IMG/VR virus record: IMGVR_UViG_3300030329_006012
Coordinates: 96,001 to 160,000 of that record
Length of the DNA stretch: 64,000 nucleotides
Reading direction: 5' to 3' (one strand)
Origin: a virus
Program-made: the position numbers and the translations under genes
In this document: one piece after another, positions 58,901 through 64,000 of the stretch
How positions within the stretch are numbered: position 1 is the stretch's first letter
How the letters are laid out: each line of letters starts with the position of its first letter
The notes under the pieces: model-generated
What the model was told of the DNA's origin: nothing
The model's input: only the letters and a program-made list of their open reading frames with translations
The model's database searches: none

Positions 58901-61900
58901 AAAACTATGATCAAGACGGTACCGCTTACATGGTTAAAACTAGGATGAAGAATTCATTGGCTGCTGATGGAAGCTTTACTTTAAAGCTTGGGGACTTTAT
59001 GCCTATTGCGACAGATGATTTTGGGAACCCCATCCCGCCCAATTTGTGGACTAGCCCCGGCGGAGAAGAGAATATCACAGACTCGATTCACCACCTCAAG
59101 CGCAACGGCTTTCCCATAATTATTAAGTTTGAAAAAGGTGGCCTCTCTGATTCTGTTCCACTTGTCGCTCTTGACGGCGGATCCGATACCATAAACGTCA
59201 TAGCCCCAAACAACATACATATATTCACAGCAGATGCGGAAGGGTATGTGAGTTCAGAACTGTACGCAGATAGTGAAAACAGCCCAGACTCTCATGACTC
59301 CGGAACAGATATCCAGATATATCAGGGTTCAAGAAAGTTACTACACGAAGATGATCCTTCTGCGCCGGCAGACAAAAAAGGGACTTACAGATTTGGATCT
59401 ATATCCTACGGGGTGAAAGTGGGAAGCCCAAGCGAGAATGCTGAAGAGAACCTGTCAAATGGTCAAATGGTAGAGGTTCAATTGCGCTCAGACAATAGTG
59501 GAATAAATGTTGTGGGAGTCTCATCGGGATACACCAATCAGACAATTAAAATACCAGTCACAATAACCGCAAAAACTGGAGAGCAAATAACAGAGGGGCA
59601 CGATATCCAACTGTTTTATTCCAAAACAAAGGCTGGAAAAGATGGCACCGATCTAAAAGATAGAAATTTTGATTTTAGTCAGGGAGACACTGGGTGGAGT
59701 CTTGAGGGTGACTTAGGGACTGGCGCCGATATGATCTCGACGCAGATGTATACTGAGTCTGATCCTGATGCTGTTCACGGTGGAGCAGTTGGAGTGTTTG
59801 AACACTTATCTCTAGTAAATTCGGACAGGTTTTTTGAATTAAGCGACAGCACTTGTACGCGGCCTATCTTCATATCCAAGGCACTCCCCATCGGAGGAAC
59901 CGGAGAGACCTATACGGATACTACCGGAGAGATCGATGTCGAGCGACCAATGGACGAAGGAAAGTGGAAAATAAATTTTCGTGCAAGACCAAAGAATGGT
60001 TATACCGGAGGTTCAGTGAATCACGGGACACTAACGGAAACACGAGCGTGGGTTTTTATAAGGGCATTTAAGGGGACGGAAGAGGACGATTATAAAGATA
60101 TGGTCTTTTGGTGGGATGAGGATCTCTACGACTCTCTTTTTGTAATTGGAGACGGATCCGGCGGTACAAAGTTTGGTGGCCAACTGATGGATGGCAAAGC
60201 AGAAGTCTGGTCAGTGCCGTTAATGGGCGGCGCAGGCAAGGGACTATATATGAACTGGGGTGCTGAGTTTACTCCTCACGACGTGCTTCAGTATTTCCCC
60301 GGTGCACACTCGTTTAAGATTGGGTTTGCGTTTTGTAACCATCAAGGAAACATGAAACTAGATGTAGATTTATTCCAAGCAGAGAGAATTCCTTATGCGT
60401 CGCTTATACACATAGATAGAGAAGCTTTTGAGTTAATAAGGGAAAATGAGAGGGCAGCAGTGACGAATGCTATAAACAACAGCGACCTCTCTAGTCGGTT
60501 CGGTCACATGGTTGGAGGTTCGGCAAAAACAATATCACAAGATCTCTTCAATGGGGAGTTAAAAGTTACAGACTCGCATGGACTGCCAGAGGGAATAATA
60601 ATCACGAGATGGGATGACGACGTTACCAGAGATAGCGATAGTGTTCTCTACATGGGAGAAGGAAATCTGGTGTTGCCATCAAAATTACAAACAAAGACAC
60701 TGTTTTCAGAAGCCACCGATCAAAATAAGAGAAACGGAATTGTTTTCAGGGCAATAAAAGTTCCCAGTCAAGATCACAAACTGCACGTATCCATAAAGTA
60801 TCACACAACAGAGAACTCTAGCAACGAGAAGCCGAGCGTGTATCTTTATGCAGCAGACGAAGACTTGTCTTTTGATCAAAAATACATCGGTTCCAAAACC
60901 AGCGAGTGGCGGTTCTCAGAAAATTCTAGCGGAGAATCTGGTAGTGACATTGTATACGAACGTGCTGGTTCGAACATGTATAAGGATCTTTTAAGCTTGG
61001 ATGACAACACTGGCAACAACGCTGTCGCGAGTGCCAGCATTAGCTGTGATATTTCTGATGACGAATGGGAGGGCACCAATGATCTGGGAAATCCAAAATA
61101 TATATCGATAGTCATTTACTCAGGGAACAGTGACAACAATTCGCAACTGTGGATACACGAGGTTACTGCAGAGTGGGAAGACACGATTGCTTCAGCAGCC
61201 AGGGCGAAGGCTGAGGCAGAAGCAGCAGCAGCCGGCGTTGAGCTCGTCAAGAATACGCAAGCAGACATGACCCTGCAGAGTTCGGCTGTTGTTAATGGAA
61301 GATTTGATGTTTTAGATTCTTTTGGACAGCCCGCCAATGTTGCTTTTGTGAACTATAAATCCAATGGCACTCACACCTTTGTTGACCGTGATCAAGTAAA
61401 CATTTGGGGCTTCGAAGAGACTGAAGATGATGGCAGATATTTCAGACTACAGGGGTATAATGACTCGTACACGAGGCAGAGGGCAATAATTTTTCCCGTC
61501 ATCGCTGTTCCTGAAGGACATTATATAGAGGTGAATTTTAAATTTAAGGGAGGCTTCACCAAGGATGGGTTATCCAATAACAGTTACGGACCTCGCGTTA
61601 TGGCTTGGGCCACTTCGGAGGCGATTGACGAGACGTCAACAACTCACCTTGGGTGGGCAAACATTGGTACTGCAGACGATGCTTTGTGGAAAGCAGACAA
61701 TACATTTAAAAACAGTATACGAACCAGCGATGTCAAAACGAATTCCGCATCACCATATAGGTTCGAACCGTCCGAGGACTGGAAAGAAGAGACAGTAAGG
61801 ATCAGACTTGACGATACTGATGCGAATCCAAAGTTTTGTTCTATTTCTATTCATGGCGCTAGTCAATACTCTGCCCATACAACCACCCTGCATGGAGACT

Positions 61901-63348
61901 TGTATTTAAAATTTGTTAATGTAACATTCAAGAAGAATGTTTATTTGTCTGGCGATTCATTTCCGACTGATCTGATTAGTCAAACGGGAGATCAGTTCTT
62001 TTTTGAAAGCGGCGTCGAAGATTTTGGATATCTAACAACATATGGGAAAAAGAAGTTGTCTTTTGCAGTTGCTTCAGAAACATCCTATGGTTTTTTTGAG
62101 AATTTTGGAAGACAGGCATACGCCTATTGGCCAGAACTATTAGATGCTCAGTGGAAAAAGACCACTGGGACTTGGCAAAACGTTATAAAACTTCAATATG
62201 ATACACTAGCAGGTATCGATACAAGTTGGAAGAGTTCATACATTTTCGCCAGACACTATGCAAAAGACAACAATACATATTCCCAAAGCGTCTTGACGCA
62301 TCGACGACCATTTTTCGGAAAGGGCATGGTGAGAGTTCCTGATGTGCAGATCTGGGCTGTCTATCCCGGCTATTCAATATCCCAGGTCGAAAGCAGTTAC
62401 GGGGATATTTACAGTGGTGGCACCGCAATGACATATTTGGATAACCATCCGGCAGCAAACATAAGGACATACGTATCATGCTTGCCTGATGGTGGGTCGA
62501 GGACCACGATAAAATCTTGGGATAGAGAGAATTACAACAGTGATGATTCAGATGCGTGGCACCCAGTAACTGCCACTGGACAGTGGCAGTTGCAGATTGT
62601 GGCTCGGTCTCTTGGGCATGGATTTAACTCGCCTTATTATGATGAGGATACCGGGAAGGTATCTAATCTTTTGTGCGTCGGCTTGGGTGCCATCGAGGTT
62701 ATCTCGTTTACACCGACAACCGACGAGAAAAACGAGGCGAGGCTTTTTGAGTTGGCGGCATTGACAGCTAAGACAATAACTACCTTCACTGGTCAACACA
62801 AGTGCGCTTTTATTGGAGAAGAAGAAGGGCTCAAGACAGGGCTAATTGTATCCAGCGTTGGGAAGTATGACAATCTGAATTATGATCACCAAGGTGCTGA
62901 TGAAGGAGAAGTTTCGACAAAGAGACATTCTGTTAATCCCCAAGAAGCAGTTCCTGTTGTCGCCCTGACTTTTGAGGAAAGAGATAAAAAGGTGCTTGGC
63001 GTTGTTTGTGAAAAGTGGAATGGAAAATCTAAGAATAATTTATTCTTAACTGATGGCGAGAGATCCTCTACGACAGATCGCTACGAAATCAACTCACTCG
63101 GCGAAGGTGGCATCTGGGTTTCCAACTTCGCGGGAGATCTAGAGAACGGAGATTACATCTGCTCCTCCAACATTCCAGGATACGGAATGAAACAAGATGA
63201 CGATATTTTAAGAAACTACACAGTGGCAAAGATTACACAGGATTGTGCGTTCGACCTAGACTCAGAAATTTACGATTGTAAAGAAGTTGAACATGATGGT
63301 ATAATGTACAAAGTCGCCTTTGTTGGGTGTACTTATCACTGCGGGTAA
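55936..63348 (+). CDS. Large tail fibre/receptor-binding-like protein with four N-terminal repeats and a C-terminal chaperone-like domain
   Basis: Four ~250-300 aa units (VKLT..DYQF / N..H.F.A...G.V / Q...K...G); C terminus TFTGQH...NSLGEGGIWV..GDLENGDYI.SS..PGYGMKQDDD...VAKIT...GCTYHCG. Confidence 0.7.
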   Translation: MAKQTRIPELVVGKISIDDGTGDNVYTLDVDNAEGTLRIGDNKNGSVATINQNTGRIEAASFAGDGSGLENLTLEDLEEIKGAKLLTLTANSLFFKFDAGGDPTPIRQEINLIPQVQNVDAPVYKWTSDDPTFVIPLGPGGSMAKIRERDFGDRSSLTITVEVEDLDLWDTVTLMRVSDGAQGESAIQVGLTNEVHNFAATSNGLVNPEDYATGGTDIIAYYGTQRLRAGKPSSKNDAFSPFFIVAAFSEGADATYPDDGYVVFPDKDHITPSNVPGDEKYIVAGPTNLRAAVGTVVFSIKAYVEEGADPIIVQKIQSLSKTSAGATGEDSLVVKLTADDYQFAYDSEGSNPKGGDDSRDPAYIVFTATPQNHGGLEQYRWFVDGEPWAPGDSDSGGRALDAGQQHEFTDSDKIRLYAEPSHSDFGGSKIVKVETTKTDGSCTNDICATDEQPVIATKDGSNAIQVVMSNAAHVYSADSDGLVDDPASGENEIWVYHGNDLLKPNSDVQEESDNFGGTVGGDIDTIEEAIDTLGPKEYFVVCNASDFITSEGRSRNTISVNNPTTNNNSITYVPGAMHAETNQAAIVYTIYLKDHSGAAASIIQTQTLARSKQGSPGTPGAHGTDGAGAKVVKLTSNDYQFAYDENGGNPKTGFGGNGTISLKAKTQGHQQNNLLCRFMYNGAPLAPSLENRSDVNSPWFPEGWFIANATTVDDGVIHRYHSLSVDWGDVSYDEFGKKRTIEVQTLEVGLTTDRLAIDETDENGDVLTWDDVKDRAHSAVDSISIIATKEGSNALEVVADNLSHAFVADNDGTVTDFTGGGIKFEAYIGNTPLKKWNEADGLTAFLEATGVTDTFFVTSGGTSDGISIANRVPWQFGDTVSAWETLQSFSKYYNTGYIDWKIHARDSTGELRPTRTLTQTFTKSKAGSNAPLVRLTSTSNIFSFEDAYDWTASPETITFYPTAQNLDGEIKEGDITFWKNDVDVSDKIKNYDQDGTAYMVKTRMKNSLAADGSFTLKLGDFMPIATDDFGNPIPPNLWTSPGGEENITDSIHHLKRNGFPIIIKFEKGGLSDSVPLVALDGGSDTINVIAPNNIHIFTADAEGYVSSELYADSENSPDSHDSGTDIQIYQGSRKLLHEDDPSAPADKKGTYRFGSISYGVKVGSPSENAEENLSNGQMVEVQLRSDNSGINVVGVSSGYTNQTIKIPVTITAKTGEQITEGHDIQLFYSKTKAGKDGTDLKDRNFDFSQGDTGWSLEGDLGTGADMISTQMYTESDPDAVHGGAVGVFEHLSLVNSDRFFELSDSTCTRPIFISKALPIGGTGETYTDTTGEIDVERPMDEGKWKINFRARPKNGYTGGSVNHGTLTETRAWVFIRAFKGTEEDDYKDMVFWWDEDLYDSLFVIGDGSGGTKFGGQLMDGKAEVWSVPLMGGAGKGLYMNWGAEFTPHDVLQYFPGAHSFKIGFAFCNHQGNMKLDVDLFQAERIPYASLIHIDREAFELIRENERAAVTNAINNSDLSSRFGHMVGGSAKTISQDLFNGELKVTDSHGLPEGIIITRWDDDVTRDSDSVLYMGEGNLVLPSKLQTKTLFSEATDQNKRNGIVFRAIKVPSQDHKLHVSIKYHTTENSSNEKPSVYLYAADEDLSFDQKYIGSKTSEWRFSENSSGESGSDIVYERAGSNMYKDLLSLDDNTGNNAVASASISCDISDDEWEGTNDLGNPKYISIVIYSGNSDNNSQLWIHEVTAEWEDTIASAARAKAEAEAAAAGVELVKNTQADMTLQSSAVVNGRFDVLDSFGQPANVAFVNYKSNGTHTFVDRDQVNIWGFEETEDDGRYFRLQGYNDSYTRQRAIIFPVIAVPEGHYIEVNFKFKGGFTKDGLSNNSYGPRVMAWATSEAIDETSTTHLGWANIGTADDALWKADNTFKNSIRTSDVKTNSASPYRFEPSEDWKEETVRIRLDDTDANPKFCSISIHGASQYSAHTTTLHGDLYLKFVNVTFKKNVYLSGDSFPTDLISQTGDQFFFESGVEDFGYLTTYGKKKLSFAVASETSYGFFENFGRQAYAYWPELLDAQWKKTTGTWQNVIKLQYDTLAGIDTSWKSSYIFARHYAKDNNTYSQSVLTHRRPFFGKGMVRVPDVQIWAVYPGYSISQVESSYGDIYSGGTAMTYLDNHPAANIRTYVSCLPDGGSRTTIKSWDRENYNSDDSDAWHPVTATGQWQLQIVARSLGHGFNSPYYDEDTGKVSNLLCVGLGAIEVISFTPTTDEKNEARLFELAALTAKTITTFTGQHKCAFIGEEEGLKTGLIVSSVGKYDNLNYDHQGADEGEVSTKRHSVNPQEAVPVVALTFEERDKKVLGVVCEKWNGKSKNNLFLTDGERSSTTDRYEINSLGEGGIWVSNFAGDLENGDYICSSNIPGYGMKQDDDILRNYTVAKITQDCAFDLDSEIYDCKEVEHDGIMYKVAFVGCTYHCG

Positions 63349-63351
63349 ATT

Positions 63352-63942
63352 ATGGAATCGGTGTTCGACAAGAAAGTTCTATTATTAGACAGTCGATTTA
63401 AGCCAATTCGAATTATTACAGTGCGCGGGGCCATCCATCTTTTATTTAGAGAGGTCGCGGAAGTGATGAATAGAAACTGGCAGAAATTTAATGTCACCGA
63501 GTGGATAGACGAAACTCAAAAAAATCTTAAGTTAAACCCCAACCTGCGAGTCATTCGTTCCGTTACTTGTGCCTTTGCGGTTCCTGATGTGGTTTATCTA
63601 AAGAGCTTCAAGATGAGTTCCTATGCTTCTCGCTGCGCGTGTAATAAAAAAAATATAGTTCTAAGGGATCATAATACTTGCCAATATTGCGGAACTGTGG
63701 TATCATTAGACAAAGCGTCTATAGACCATGTTCTCCCAAGTTCAAGGGGTGGGCAATATATCTGGACAAATGTTGCTACATCTTGTGTCACTTGTAATCA
63801 ATCCAAGGGAGATAAGACACCAGATGAGTGGGGCCGGCCACTGAAGAAAAAACCTGTCCCCCTAAAGTGGGATGTTAAATTTATTAGGGAAGTTTATTCT
63901 AAAATGAGGAATGGAAATGAAATCTGGAGGATGTTTTTATAA
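63352..63942 (+). CDS. HNH endonuclease (McrA-like)
   Basis: VLLLD, RDHNTCQYCG, SIDHVLPSSRGG, NVATSCVTCNQSKGDKTP. Confidence 0.93.
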   Translation: MESVFDKKVLLLDSRFKPIRIITVRGAIHLLFREVAEVMNRNWQKFNVTEWIDETQKNLKLNPNLRVIRSVTCAFAVPDVVYLKSFKMSSYASRCACNKKNIVLRDHNTCQYCGTVVSLDKASIDHVLPSSRGGQYIWTNVATSCVTCNQSKGDKTPDEWGRPLKKKPVPLKWDVKFIREVYSKMRNGNEIWRMFL

Positions 63943-64000
63943 TGGCAACTTTCGTACAAGGTGATTGGGTAGAGGTCGTACCACGGCCAGACTATTCATG
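63942..64000 (+). CDS. Partial KOW-like ORF running off the window
   Basis: MATFVQGDWVEV after SD GGAGG. Confidence 0.45.
   Translation, partial: MATFVQGDWVEVVPRPDYS

Noticed and set aside
320-62799. Many minus-strand and alternate-frame ORFs in the track (e.g. 11051-11533, 12668-13186, 21791-22351, 22227-22856, 25457-25993, 26237-26905, 57051-57638)
   Set aside because: They lie wholly within well-supported + strand genes, have no recognisable motifs, and are best explained as shadow ORFs
63352-63942. HNH protein as a Cas9/IscB or intron-encoded homing nuclease
   Set aside because: It is a 196-aa free-standing McrA-like HNH with no RuvC motifs, no adjacent array and no interrupted host gene
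1-64000. Stop-codon reassignment (seen in some large phages)
   Set aside because: TAA, TAG and TGA all terminate conserved full-length proteins, and no conserved gene is fragmented
1-64000. tRNA genes, reverse transcriptase (DGR/retron), integrase or transposase
   Set aside because: No cloverleaf with a T-loop GTTCRA and no YxDD or recombinase motifs found by eye; tRNAscan-SE and HMM searches would be needed to exclude them fully

Overview
The window is a 64 kb piece of a large (probably jumbo) tailed dsDNA phage genome. Every credible gene lies on the + strand and uses the standard code, with frequent TTG/GTG starts. 1-17 kb is a replication and nucleotide-metabolism block: a compact family-A polymerase, a divergent tubulin/FtsZ-fold protein, gp32-like SSB, RecA/UvsX, 5'-3' exonuclease, DnaB-like helicase, class II RNR (NrdJ), GroES, an uncharacterised Rossmann-like plus nucleotidyltransferase-like pair, DnaE, dUTPase and an m6A methyltransferase. 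17-38 kb mixes putative head-internal proteins, an amidase, GroEL, a myxobacterial-style Cys-repeat/VWA lipoprotein, a lytic transglycosylase, DUF2061-CysC, Hsp20, a Bfd-like ferredoxin missed by the ORF track, a MazG-like enzyme and a MoxR-AAA/VWA pair. 38.5-56 kb is dense arrays of tiny genes (over 20 carry a KOW/SH3-like GDLV motif), a second methyltransferase and IscA/ErpA, punctuated by two duplicated promoter cassettes, a structured ~100-nt RNA candidate and a G/C-tract element. The window ends with a 2470-aa repetitive tail-fibre-like protein and an HNH nuclease. Two promoter classes are visible: sigma70-like TTGACA/TATAAT and a TANTTA-N5-ATG motif suggesting leaderless late transcription. 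All calls are by-eye motif recognition with no database searches. I saw no capsid, terminase, primase, tRNA, CRISPR array or reverse transcriptase. The host is probably Gram-negative, with a weak hint toward Myxococcota/deltaproteobacteria.
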